Shown here in pieces: positions 41,780-58,899 of a stretch of DNA of 64,000 nt (the stretch's first letter is position 1; each line of letters opens with the position of its first letter). Source of the DNA: the human T2T-CHM13v2.0 reference genome, Homo sapiens. The notes beneath the pieces were generated by a model. It saw nothing but the letters and a program-made list of their open reading frames with translations, had not been told where the DNA came from and made no database searches. The DNA is taken from the NCBI RefSeq assembly GCF_009914755.1, contig NC_060930.1; one strand, given 5' to 3'. Position numbers and translations under genes: made by a program.

Positions 41780-44700
41780 AAATCTGGAGGATACACTCTC
41801 TAATTTGATATGGAATTATTGAAATCTAAGGTGGCTGTTTGCATTACACCATTCTGTTAGAATGCTCTGATTCTCAGATAGTTCATTATTTACTTTTCCA
41901 TATTTATCCTCTCCTTAAAGGTTAGAGCTAGGGAGGGAAGCTATTGCCTACCTTGTACCATGTTAGGGGTCTCCGTTAAAACTCTCTCCCTAACTATATT
42001 CTTGTATGTTAATTCATGGAGTTCGCAGTAACAGTTTCAATGTTTTCCCATATGTTTAAATATTATATATGCAATTCATATTCACCACACACAGCTGTTA
42101 TTATGTGTTCTTTAGCATAAATTAATAGCTAATATTTAAATGAAGGTTTTTGGACATGGAATGGGGAAAAAAGATGAAAGGGAGAGAGAAAGCATGTAGA
42201 AACAGAGAATCTGAGAGAAGTGCGGTTGAAAACAGGAAAAGTGCAGTATGGGGGAGTGAAAAGACTGAACTCTGAAACCTGACATTTCCCCTGCAGTAGA
42301 ATAAAGGTGAATGATACTTTGGTACCCTGAAGTAATTAAACTGACTCTTCAAACACTAGACAACCCTCTGCCTATGACTTTGTTTTTTCCATTTTAACTC
42401 TTTAAGATAGTCCAAGCAAATATTTCATCACTTCTCTAGGGACTTCCGCTGAAAATTTCAGAACGTCGCTCTGTACGCAGAGTCCTGGGCCCTTTCTAGT
42501 ACTCAGCTCAAGGAGTCCAGGCTGTGGAAAGGTAGGATAAGCCTTTACCTAAAGCTGGGAGTGGTTTTCCCTCTGGGATGAGTCACCTCCAGGATAAAAT
42601 TCCTAAGGGGTTATTTACAACAAGTCAGTGAACAGGTTTTTCCTTTCACTGACTTCCATCACCTTAGGCCAGAGTTTCATGTCAAGTCTGTGTATCAGCA
42701 GCATAATCACATGCACATAGGTAATGCTGAGTGCCAAGCAGGCTTAGGGTAATCAAACCTGCACTGGGAATTCAAAGAGCTAATATAAAAGAGGTAATTC
42801 CTGGCACTCTCAAAGGTCTTGGATTTAACAGGGATATGATCCAATAGAGAAAAGGAAACAAATTAACAATAAAGTGGCAGCATATGGTGAATACAAAATG
42901 AGCAAAGCAAACATTATGACAGTAAGAGGTTAAGAGGTGGTGAGTGGAGATGAGTCTTGGTAGTTTTGGTTCCAGAACTCTTTTTTTTTTTTTTTAACGG
43001 GTGCATTTAAATGTATACACCATTCTGAGAGTTGGAAAAATGTTGAATATTCCACAGGGGAACACTTTTTTTTCCCATCCAAATCAAAATTTATTTCAAG
43101 AAACTCTCATATGCCTCCATCAGTTTAGAATTTGGTCAAATAAAATTTTGCTTAAAATCAGTGGGCCAAAAACTAAGATATAGAACCATCTGTATACAGA
43201 ATTCTGTTATAACAGGATGTGACAGGCAATCATATGGAGGTGGGAGAGCCTGGCCAGTGGACTTAAGGGTTAATTAACCATATTTCGATTTGAAGCTTGG
43301 AAGTAACCTGATTTTTCCAGCCATTGTGAAGGCATGTATATTAGATAGCTTTGTAAATGATGCAATTCATATGTAAAGAAAGTGAGCTTTTTATTTTTGA
43401 CTAATTGGGAGGATCAGGACATGTATTTATTGGGGACTCCCAGAAAGAAGATGAACAAAAGGCATGCCCAGTGACTTGGCAAGAGCTCTAAAGAAAGCAA
43501 GAACGAGTGTCGTCTCAATTTAAACATGCTGAGACAAGAGGAGGAGGCCAAGAATGTTGACTTTCAAGTGAAACCGAGCCAGAAAGCTTCAGAAATATAA
43601 ATAAAATAAACACTGCCTTGAAGGAACTTGATATGGATGAAAGCAAATGTTTTCTAATTATTTCAAAATGGTCATGAAGTTGCCTTTTAGAGAATGTAGA
43701 GGAATACCTTATCTTGAGGTAAAAGCTTTCCAGCTGGTGGTCATAAGGAGATGGTCTTAAGACATGGGATATCAAGAGAGGCTCACAGAATGGGCATTTT
43801 TGTTGCACTTAGTTTAGGCAGCACATACCGTTCAGCTGTCCGCCTTCCTCTCTGTAATCGACTCCACTCCACTCTGCACTTGCCAGACAGACACGTCAGT
43901 TTTGACAGCAGGTGCCCTGCTCTGTATGCAAAAGATATCCATGAGTATTAACTAAGTTTGCAAGAGGAATTAGGATCTGTAATAAACGCTTTAGCAAAGA
44001 GGCTTTTGGGAATAAAAATGTGTCTTCAGGCAAAATTCTCATAAACTAGACATCATCTTTGATTTACAGTTTATAGTATTTTCGTCACTCTATCCAATAT
44101 CCCCAGCTTGAGGGCTGCTGCTCCATGTGGCATGATTGACTGCCCAAGGTGGGAGGGTAGTTCTGTGCACTGAAGTTAAGTCAACTGAATTAGAAAGTGA
44201 GGAAAACATAAAACAAGCAAAACTGTAGCATTTTTGTGGTCTTTTTACTTTTTTTTTTTGGCTTTTTTGTAGTTAAAAAAAATGTTTATGTATTACTCCA
44301 TTTACCATGCAGGAAACCATTTCAAAAATTTGACAGCTGTTTTAGAAAAAAGCGTTCTCCAGAATCTCTTTTGATAATAGGCACAAGATGGAGACCACAA
44401 CCACAACCAACTAGGATACTTGGTACTACGGGATATCAGAGATTCCTTTACCTAGAGCTGTCAAACTTGGAAAGGAGGCCCCTTCAATACAGATGGAAGA
44501 TGAATCTTTCAGTTCCCTGAACTCTCCTTCAGATTTTAAGGGTAAACAAAGAAGGGGAGAAAATGAGATACAATTAAACAAACTTGATTTAGCATCAATT
44601 TTGCTCAAGGTCCTGTGCTAGGCACATTGGCACATCATGTAAACCAGGTAATTTAACGGCATAGGGTATAAAAAGAGCTCAATATCTTATAAATCTACAA

Positions 44701-46656
44701 GAGGGATTATAATCATTAGTTAACAAATATATAAAAGGATAAGAAAGAAATGAGTAGTTTACATAAAATTTTACCTTTTTTGAGCCATGTTTATTTTCAA
44801 CATATAAGACTATCAGAATGATTACCTTAAAGGTAGCAGAATATTATTCTACAGAATTATATAAACATATATAGAAATAGTTGGAAAACATATTTAAAGC
44901 TATCACTTTGGCAAATAAGTGCACGGGTATGCATGAGTTGTAAGTTCCTTTTTGCTCATTTATTCAAAGAGACAAAGATGGTTAAAAGCATCTCTGAGCA
45001 TATTTTACACTGAGAATTCTAATGTTAGTGCTTTAAACAATTTAAAAGCTAATATCTAGTTTATGAGTAGGTTTCAAAATAATAATCTCCTTGTCCCTCT
45101 TTTCCATACCTCAAAAGTTACTTATATTTGGCTGGAAGGCATGGAAAAATACACGGTTATTGCCAAGATGTCCTTGTATATCTGTGTTATAAGCAATACT
45201 GGAAAAAAGAGAGGGAAAGGTAGAAAATGTGCTGAAAACAGTAGTATTCTGAAAAATTAAAGGTTCTTCAGAGAAATCAATAAATGGTAGGAGGAGATAA
45301 TCAGGCAGTACTTGGGAACTTTGAGAAGTATAATTCAATAGCGTCAGTTAATGCAGATGGTCAGAATAAAATGGTTCCATAAGGGAATTGCTTAAGCTAG
45401 CCCTTCCCAGCACACTAAAGACTGAAAAATTTTTATGGTGGCTATGCACCAAGTTTGGAAAAGGTTTATGTGTCTTTAGTATGTATATTGGTTCCAGATC
45501 ATCAGCTCTGTTTCTAGCTTTGAGTTTTGTCATCTGAAAGAAATGTTCATGAATTCCTGGGAAAATGTCTGCTCTCAGGAAATCTGGGTTTTCCATGAAG
45601 TAGATATACCAATACCATGACCAAAACTTAATCTCTATGTCTTCAGAGGACACTGAATGAGGCTATTTTTAACCTTCTTTTTTTAAAATTGCACTTGAAA
45701 TGATCAAATCTGAGACACTGAATATTCACATTCAACAATTACTATTTGACAACTTCATTTGTTTTTCCTTCTCTTAACTACATTATATCTTTTGTCTCAA
45801 TGGGTCACAAGTATTCTCTATTTTAATGAAAAGCTTGATGTTATCAAGAAAAAACAACAACATATTTTGAAGCAAATCTGAGCAAATTAAATGTCATTCA
45901 ACACAAAATTTAACACCACAGTTTCACAAAAAAAAATGTATAAAGCTAAAATTAACGAAACTAAGTAATAAAATCTGGGTAGAGGAAAAAAGACAAAATA
46001 ACTTTACTTTTCACTTTCCGTCTCACATCCTACAATAATGACCCAAATGGATGCTCTTGAGATTTTTCCCATTGATTCATTTTGGTGTGAGACTGTGCAG
46101 AGGATATGCAAGAAATAAGAGATGTCAGATAAAGAAGATAAAGCCTAGTAAGGTAGGTGAGTTTGAGTGGGCCCTTGGGCTTTAGTGTTTAGACTTAGAG
46201 AGTATGTGAACCTTTGGGAACAAATGCACATATTCATCTATTAGCCTAAGGGAAATAGTCTCTAAGCAACTTATTTTCAAATCATTTTCTAAAGCTATTG
46301 TTCTTATGGCAGCGGGGTGGGGGGTGTTAAAAATAACAGCAAGAAAGCCTTGCTAGATCATATGGATGCTTCATACTCCTCTGCCCTTATCTTTGTGGTC
46401 TTCCTATCAGCAGAAACTATGGGGAATCATCCCTTACTGCAGCACACACTGAGACTGAAAAACATGATTGTGTGCTCACGGAGATTGGTTTCTCTGTTTC
46501 TTCCTGTAAGTTTCATGATACAACCAGGAGAGTAAAGGTATAGCATAATGAGGGTTATAAATTATAATATAAAGAGGATATATATAAATTTGAAAAACCT
46601 GCAAGAGTTTTGCTTTTATATCTGGAGTTATATTTGGGTTAACCCTGATCCCTTTC

Positions 46657-46762
46657 TTTTTTTTTTAACTTTTATTTTAGGTTCAGGGGTACATGTACAA
46701 GTTTGTTACATAGGTAAACTGTGTGTTTACCTATATATGTGGGCTTGCTGTACAGATCATTT
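46657..46762 (-). mobile_element. Extremely 5'-truncated (~106 bp) older L1PA (PA13-16-like) 3' end
   Basis: ttttattttaggttcaggggtacatgt...gtttgttacataggtaaac...tgtacagatcattt; exact 11-bp TSD tgatccctttc (46646-46656, 46763-46773). Confidence 0.88.
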
Positions 46763-48142
46763 TGATCCCTTTCAATTTCTTTTTTCTCCTTCCCACCAAT
46801 GACTCCTGAATAACCTCCATGATTTAGCAAATAAAAAAAATTCATACTTTGAAGATGATTGTTTACCCCTTCTTCCACAACAACAACAAACACACACACA
46901 CACCGTCAATCTCAGGTCTTTTCAAGAATATTTGCAAAGTTATGGAACTTTCTTCTCTTAGAGTCCAAGTTGATCCCTAAAATAAAGACGGACAGAGTCA
47001 AGGATACAATTCTAGTCTTTCCGAGCTGGCTTTTGGCCTACTGTGCAGCAGCTGACTCTGCGAACTCGGCATCAGTAAGGGAGGCGCTCTCCCTATTTGT
47101 ATTGTGTGGGTGTGTTAATCTACCACCCATGTCAAATTGCCTCAGCACTAAGTGTGTTTGAAAGGTTCAGCTTGTGAGGTGGCTGAGGATTTGGGGGAAG
47201 GGTAGAAAAAGCTTGGCTTTTCTTATCTCATTCAAATTGGTTTGTCCATCTCTGCTACCATGTGTCTCACAAAAATCAAGATGGGTGACCTCCTGGGGGA
47301 CTTTTAGTACATTCCCCTCTGTCAGTTGAGGATTATATCCTACAATCTGTCCCCTAGCGCTTTATACACACCCATTTAAAATAACTCCAGTAACAGGATC
47401 TTTAATTGACTCAGGGGATGGTGGGGGGTGTCCCAGTATGATTGTCGTTTTGGTTCAAAGGAGAAGAATGAAGTTGATTCTGTGCCTTGTGTCCGAGTAA
47501 CAATATGTGAAAAGATTCATTTAGTTCTTAATCCTTATGGAGGATCTGAAAGGAGCTGATCGTTTAACAGCCACACAGTGTTCTGCTTTCGAGCTGTTTT
47601 TCTTATTTATGTCTTGGTTGTTAAAGCTTTAACTGTTCCCTTTATTGTTCAGTAAAGGGGAAAAAAGAAAGAAAGAAAGAAAAAGACAAATTGGTATTAG
47701 CAATTCACAAAGCAAAGACACCACACTTAAAAATGAAATCTACTAAAGTCTTGCAGGAGGTAAAAGTTTGGTTTGGAATATTTCATGAGTCGTTAGAGAA
47801 CAGAGCCTCCGGCATGATAACTGCTTTCTTGTGGGGAAATATGGAACAATGTAACTAGGCAAAGGAAAGCATCTACTTTGAGTAAACTGATGCAAATGAA
47901 AAGAGCATCTGACTTTACCCCAGCTGGATCTGGTCCAGCCATACTGCCTTGCATAGACACAAATGAGTTTTGGAACAGGTATGAGATTGCGTTGGTCTAG
48001 GTATTTATAGCAAAAATAGTGGACAGCTTGGCATTTCCATAATTAAACGTTGGGGGGTGGGGAGACACAGATAAGGGTTTTCTCTCAATTTGCATTTTCC
48101 ACCACATCTTCAGCAGTGAATCAAAATGAGAATATTTTATTA

Positions 48143-48557
<415 letters not shown>

Positions 48558-49906
48558 TCATGTTGTTGTTTATATCATTTGGTAAACTAGAGAGAGCAAG
48601 CTAAACAAAGTTCCCCAAAGTTTCATGGATGGTTAAATGTAGGGGTGGAATAAAAGTATACTAATAGATAGGTTTCCTAATTTCCTCTGGAGTGGTGAGT
48701 GGCTTACCTACTCATATTAACGTGACCTCAAAGTTTAGTGCAATGTGAAACACATATTGAGAAACCCAGTTTGGCTGGGATATGGATTTTTCTTGCCATA
48801 TTGGATCATGATTCCAGATATGTGCATATGAATACATCCTGATGCAGAGCAGTCCAGGAAGGTAAATATTTGAAACAAAGCAAACAGAAGGGGTATATTT
48901 TGTTAAAATAACACAAGGTCCAATAAGAGAAGGGTCATAGTCCAAAGCACACACACATAAACAACACCAGAATCACTAAAAGAACAAGAAATAACATCTA
49001 GTATCTACTTAAATCCTGATCTGGAATTTTTCTCTTTTTTTCCCCATCTTTTCCTTTTTTATATTTTTGCAAGAATCAAAGGATTTGGATTTAGTATTGT
49101 AAGATGAAATTTCAAAGGAAATTGGCCATCTAGGAAGAAAATATTTACATATGAATATGGCCCTTAAGACTAAATGAAATGACTTGAAAATAAATCATCA
49201 GGTGAAGAAATTCTAAGTTATTATTGAAGTAATTTGTGGAGAGACAGTTTAGAAAGGAGCCCATGCTGAGCTATAACCCACCATAAGAGTCTCCAGCTTT
49301 ACTGTATAACTAAATATTTAGCCAAAAACAAAAACAGAGAACTACAAGCTCTTCATAGCCTTTAGTGAACAACTAAATGGCCACTTCATTCTTTCCCACA
49401 GTAAGATTTGGTAATTTAACCAATACTACAAAAATCAACAGTGTATTTTTCTCTAGTAGTAAGGGCTATTATCACAGAGTATAATATAGAGAGAAAGTAA
49501 TTCAAATATGGTATCTTGCCTATCTTATCTCATGAGTCACCTCAGTTAGTGTTCCAGGGTCCAAGGCCAGCCAGACAAGAGTGTAGTAAGAGGACGGCTT
49601 TTACTGTGCAGTGCCTAAAGGAGACTCTTTGTAGTAAAGCATCTTCTTCAATGTGTTGGGTACCCCAAGTTTATGGCCCCTCTCTGGGATAATTTTTTTT
49701 TTATTATACTTTAAGTTCTAGGGTACATGTGCACAATGAGGAGGTTTGTTACATATGTATACATGTGGCGTGTTGGTTTGCTGCACCCATTAACTCATCA
49801 TTTACATTAGCTATTTCTCCTAATGCTATCCCTCCCACATCCCCCAACCCCACGACAGGCCCTGGTGTGTGATGTTCCCCACCCTGTGTCCAAGTGTTCT
49901 CATTGT

Positions 49907-53732
<3,826 letters not shown>

Positions 53733-53794
53733 TATGATGTTAGCTGGTTATTTTGCCCGTAGTTGATGCAGTTTCTTTCTAGAATTGACGGTCT

Positions 53795-54821
53795 TTACAA
53801 TTTGGCATGTTTTTGCAGTGGCTGGTACCAGTTGTTCCTTTCCATGTTTAGTGCTTCCTTCAGGAGCTCCTGTAAGGCAGGCCTGGTGGTGACAAAATGT
53901 CTCAGCATTTGCTTGTCTGTAAAGGATTTTATTTCTCCTTTACTTATGAAGCTTAGTTTGGCTGGATATGAAATTCTGGGTTGAAAATTCTTTTCTTTAA
54001 GAATATTGAATATTGGCTCCCATTCTCTTCTGGCTTGTAGGATTTCTGTCGAGAGATCCACTGTTAGTCTGATGGGCTTCCCATTGTGGGTAACCTGACC
54101 TTTCTCTCTGGCTGCCCTTAGCATTTTTTCCTCTATTTCAGCCTTGTTGAATCTGACAATTATGTGTCTTGGGGTTACTTTTCTCGAACAGTATCTTTGT
54201 GGTGTTCTCTGTATTTCCCGAATTTGAATGTTGGCCTGCCTCACTAGGTTGGGGGAAGTTCTCCTGGATAATATCCTGAAGAGTGTTTTCCAACTTGGTT
54301 CCATTCTCCTCATCACTTTCAGGTACACCAATCAAACGTAGATTTGGTCTTTTCACATAGTCCCATATTTCTTGGAGGCCTTGTTAATTTCTTTTTACTC
54401 TTTTTTCTCTAAACTTCTATTCTTGCTTCATTTCATTAATCTGATCTTCAATCACTGATACTCTTTCTTCTGCTTGATGGAATTGGCTACTGAAGCTTGT
54501 GCATGTGTCACGTAGTTCTCCTGCCATGGTTTTCAGCTCCATCAGGTCATTTAAGGTCTTCTCTGCATTGGTTATTCTAATTAGCCATTCATCTAATCTT
54601 TTTTCAAGGTTTTTATGATCCTTGCAATGGGTTCGAACATCCTCCTTTAGCTTGGAGAAGTTTGTTATTACTGACTTTCTGAAGCCTACTTCTGTCACCT
54701 CATCAAAGTCATTCTCTGTCCTGCTTTGTTCCGTTGCTGGTGAGGAGCTGTGATCCTTTGGAGGAGAAGGGGCACTCTGGTTTTTAGAATTTTTAGCTTT
54801 TCTGCTCTGGTTTCTCCCCAT
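53795..54821 (-). pseudogene. LINE-1 ORF1p (RNA-binding chaperone), disrupted
   Basis: MGRNQSRKAKNSKNQSA... stops prematurely at ~54417; KRPNLRLIGVPE and ...RPALQELLKEALNMERNNWYQPLQKHAKL lie in different frames. Confidence 0.93.
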
Positions 54822-55876
54822 CTTTGTGGTTTTATCTAATTGTGGTCTTTGATGATGGTGACCTACAGATGGGGTTTTGGTGTGGATGTCTTTTTTGTTG
54901 ATGTTGATGCTTTTCCTATCTGTTTGTTATTTTTCCTTCTAACACTCAGGTCCCTCAGCTGCAGGTCTGTTGGAGTTTGCTGGAGGTCCACTCCAGACCC
55001 TGTTTGCCTGGGTATCACCAGCGGAGGCTGCAGAACAGCAAATATTGCAGAACAGTAAATATTGCTGCCTGATGCTTCCTCTGTAAGCTTTGTCTCAGAG
55101 GGGAACCCAGTTGTATGAGGTGTCAGTTGGCCCCTACTCAGAGGTGTCTCCAAGTTATGCTACACGGGGGTCAGGGACCCACTTGAGGAGGCAGTCTGTC
55201 CATTCTCAGAGTTCAAACACCATTCTGGGAGAACCACTGCTCTCTTCAGAGCTCTCAGACAGGGACGTTTAAGTCTGCAGAAGTTTCTGCTGCCTTTTGT
55301 TCAGTTATGCCCTGCCCCCAGAGGTGGAGTCTACAGAGGCAGGCGGGCCTAGTTGAGCTGCAGTGGGTGCCACCAAGTTCGAGCTTCTTGGCCACTTTGT
55401 TTACCTACTCAAGCGTCAGTAAATGTGGACACCCCTCCCCCAGCCAGGCTTGCCGTTGGATCCACTTGGCAGTTGGATCTCAGATTAGCAGTGAGCAAGG
55501 CTCTGTGGGAGTCGGACCCGCTGAGCCAGGCGCAGGATATAATCTCCTGGTGTTCCATTTGCTAAATCCGTTGGAAAAGCATAGTGTTTAGGTGGCAGTG
55601 TCCCGATTAGCCGATCTTCCCAGTATAGTCTGTCACAGCTCCCCTTGGCTAGGAGAGGGAAATCCCCTGACCCCGGGTGAGGTGCTTCCCGGGTGAGGTG
55701 ATGCCCTACCTTGCTTCGGCTTGCCCTCCATGTGCTGTACCCACTTTCTGACCATTCCCAGTGAGATGAACCAGGTACCTCAGTTGGAAATGCAGAAATC
55801 ACCCATCTTCTGTGTCAGTCACTCTGGAAGCTGCAGACCGGAGCTGTTCCTATTCAGCCATCTTGGAATGGACCTC
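54822..55876 (-). promoter_or_regulatory. L1 5'UTR internal promoter with YY1 site (CAAGATGGC, 55857-55865) and antisense-promoter region
   Basis: Position upstream of the ORF1 ATG; YY1 core intact; many CpGs decayed. Activity cannot be judged from sequence. Confidence 0.7.
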
Positions 55877-56951
55877 GATAATTCTTTAAGACGAAAATAT
55901 TCCTGAGAATCATTGTTCTTCTTTCCCTAGCACTATATGAAAGAGTTTTTCATCTTTTTTTCCAAGTCAGAAAAAATTAGGATGAAATAACTGGTTTTGT
56001 AGAGATTCATTCTAAAATCAGTAGAGATCAAGAGACGAAGGAGAAGAGTAGGGACAAGAAAGGTCTAACAATATAGAGTGCAAAATTTCCTCCACTTCAC
56101 TATCTTTGCCTTAGAGTTCTGGCCAGGTCTTTTGGTTGTCAACAAAAATTTGGGTAGTGTCTTCCCAAAGGACAGTTCTAATATTTAATTTACCCAAAAA
56201 TACTGTCATATGTGTAACCCATTTTTGATGGGCAGTGAATAAAAGATTTCCTTCATGGCAGCCCTTCAACTGTCCAGATCACTTTGACAAGCAGGCCAAA
56301 GTCACCTTTATTTTTCCTTTTAGAAATGCCATAAACAAATTCTTAAACATATGCAAATTAGTTATTTAAAACCATATCCTTCAGCATTCATTTCCCTGTG
56401 CATGCTGATAGTGCTCCACCCAAATATGCTCTGTACACACTATGTGATACAATTTCCAGCAACTCTGAGCTTTATAGACATTTAGAATTGAATTTTTAAA
56501 TGATGCATTTGTTTTTCTTCAAACTAGAATAACATTGACTTTGGCTCAGTTTGATCTTACTCTCAAATCTTAAGTCCCTAACCATGTACCTTTCCAGAGC
56601 CATCACTAGTTTCTAAAAATGTCTTTCATGTTAATGAAATCATAAAATAGATTTTTTAATTTCCCTAAAACTAAAGCTCTATCTCCTTATAACTTTACAT
56701 GGCCCCTTTTATCATGCATTGCACACAGTAGGTTTTAAATATATTTGTTGATTTGTGGATTTAATATCAGTTGATAGCATAATAACAACAATAATAATAT
56801 TACAGTATTTAGGTAGAAAGTCTTCTTTGTGGCTCTGACTAAAGCAATTTCATTATTCTTTAGGTTAGTTAATGCCTTCTAGTGAAACCAGTGAAGAGAG
56901 GTAAGTCAAGCATTAGCAGGAAAATGATTAATTAGTTTTCATTACCTTTTG

Positions 56952-57160
56952 AAGATGCAAAGGGATGTATCAACATAATTCCACAACTAATAGAAACTTG
57001 CAAGCAAGGAAGCTTCAAGATGTAAAAGGATTTATCAACATAATTCCACAACTAATAGAAACTTGCAAGCAAGGAAGCTTCAAGATGTAAAAGGATTTAT
57101 CAACATAATTCCACAACTAATAGAAACTTGCAAGCAAGGAAGCTTCAAGATGCCAAAGGA
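56952..57160. repeat. 65-bp minisatellite, ~3 copies
   Basis: Unit tatcaacataattccacaactaatagaaacttgcaagcaaggaagcttcaagatgtaaaaggatt starts at 56968, 57033 and 57098; copies 1 and 2 are identical, copy 3 is identical for 55 bp. Confidence 0.97.
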
Positions 57161-58395
57161 GTGAGGCATTGAATATTCAACACAAGCAGTCACAGCCAAA
57201 ATATCTTCCATAGCTGTACAACTTCATATTCCCATTAACCATACAACCCATTTTCGACCTTGACCCAATGCTGCCCTGTTTTCTTTTGATTCTGTAGTTC
57301 TGACCTGGCGGTCACAGCAGAACATTTTTCCACTGCCAACCTGAGACACTGTGTGCTAGTAGATACAATGTAATAACAAACAGTTTGGTCATTTAAGTAA
57401 AGGCATGAAGAAAATTGGCTGCTTTTTTATAAATTATAAAAGCAAAACTAATTGGCTGACTCAGCAAACAAGAGCAGTTCATGTTGCCATAGTGTCAAAA
57501 AGGATCAAAGTGGGGACTGGAAAAGTTCTCAATGTTTATTTGCTCATTTTGTTAAGTTCTGTAAATAATAATTCCCTTTATTGTAGGGATGAACAGGATC
57601 ACAAAAGTCCTCGGCTCTCCTCGATGGGCATTCTGAAGAGTCAAAAGCTGCTGAGCTAGCCACCTTCCCTCTTCCAGGTCTATCATTAGTGCCAGTCATG
57701 GAAGTCAGCTTGGATTTGGGGTCAGAATTTGACTTTTAGTACAACATAATTGTTTCTTGCCAAGAGTGTCATTTATTTTAGTCTTAATCAAGCTTCATAA
57801 ATAAACTTTCTTTTAAGTCTTGCTTGAACAAATAAACCTTTAGATTCTTTGAAAACTATGATAGATTGCATGGTTGGAGTGTGGGCTCTTCCTGAGAAAG
57901 ATAATGAAAAGCTTGCTTTTTTTCCCCCATGTATATCAAAGCACAAATCTAGATGTGGCTTCCTAACAATCAATATATAAATTGTTAAGACTTGAACCAT
58001 ATTTTATGCATGTTAGTATTGAATAACAAAACAAAAACCACACAATAAATAAAAAACAAAACAAAAAAATCAATAGTCATTGTTTATATTTGAGTATTAT
58101 ACAGAGAAAAATAGGAGGAAACCAGATTTTATTTATCAAACATTTTAATCCTTATAATAACCCTGCAACATGTGTACTATTATTCCCATTTTCAGATATA
58201 AAATGTTAAACAATTTTTCCAAGAATTCAGACTAGTTATTTCTGACCCCAAAGTCTAGTTTTTATTTAGTGGTTTTTGTTTTGTTACCATACAGGCATTG
58301 TAGGAGAAATTTATCATGGTCCTACCTACCCCCTGCCCCGACAGGGACGTGGCAATCACATATTTCTGTTTTCCTGTATTCATGTTGAACCATTA

Positions 58396-58899
58396 ATGGT
58401 GGGCAATAAAGACCCCCAGAGACATCCATTTCTAATCCCTGGAACCTGTGAATATGTTAGATAATGTTGCTATGGTGAATTAGTTTGCTGACAGAATTAA
58501 GGTTGCTAATCAGCTGACTTTAAAAGAGATATTAAATATTTGTCTGGATTACCTGATTGGGTTTGGTGTAATCACAAGGTTTTTTTTTTAAGTAGAAGAG
58601 AGAGATATGACTATAGACGAATGTTTAGAGAGATGCAATGTGGCTGGCTGTGAAGACATAGGAAGTGGGCAATGAGCCAAGAAATGTGGGAGGCCTTTAG
58701 AAGCTGAAAAAGGCAAGGAAATGAATTTTCTCCAAGAGCTCCAGAAAAAGAGTGTATGTACCCTGCCAGCATTTTGATTTTAGCTCAGTGAGACCCATTT
58801 TAGATTTCTGACCTCCAGAATTGTAAGATAATGAATTCGCACTTTTTAAACCACTAAGTTTGTGATAATTTTTTACAGCAGCCATGGAAAATTAATACC
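58396..58899 (+). mobile_element. MLT1D-like MaLR solo LTR
   Basis: ctaatccctggaacctgtgaatatgtta...tagaagctgaaaaaggcaaggaaatgaattttctcc...ttctgacctccagaattgtaagataat...aaccactaagtttgtg...acagcagcc...taatac. Confidence 0.88.

Noticed and set aside
56952-57160. 65-bp repeats as a CRISPR-like array
   Set aside because: Units are head-to-tail and identical with no unique spacers, there are no cas genes, and the context is primate genomic DNA.
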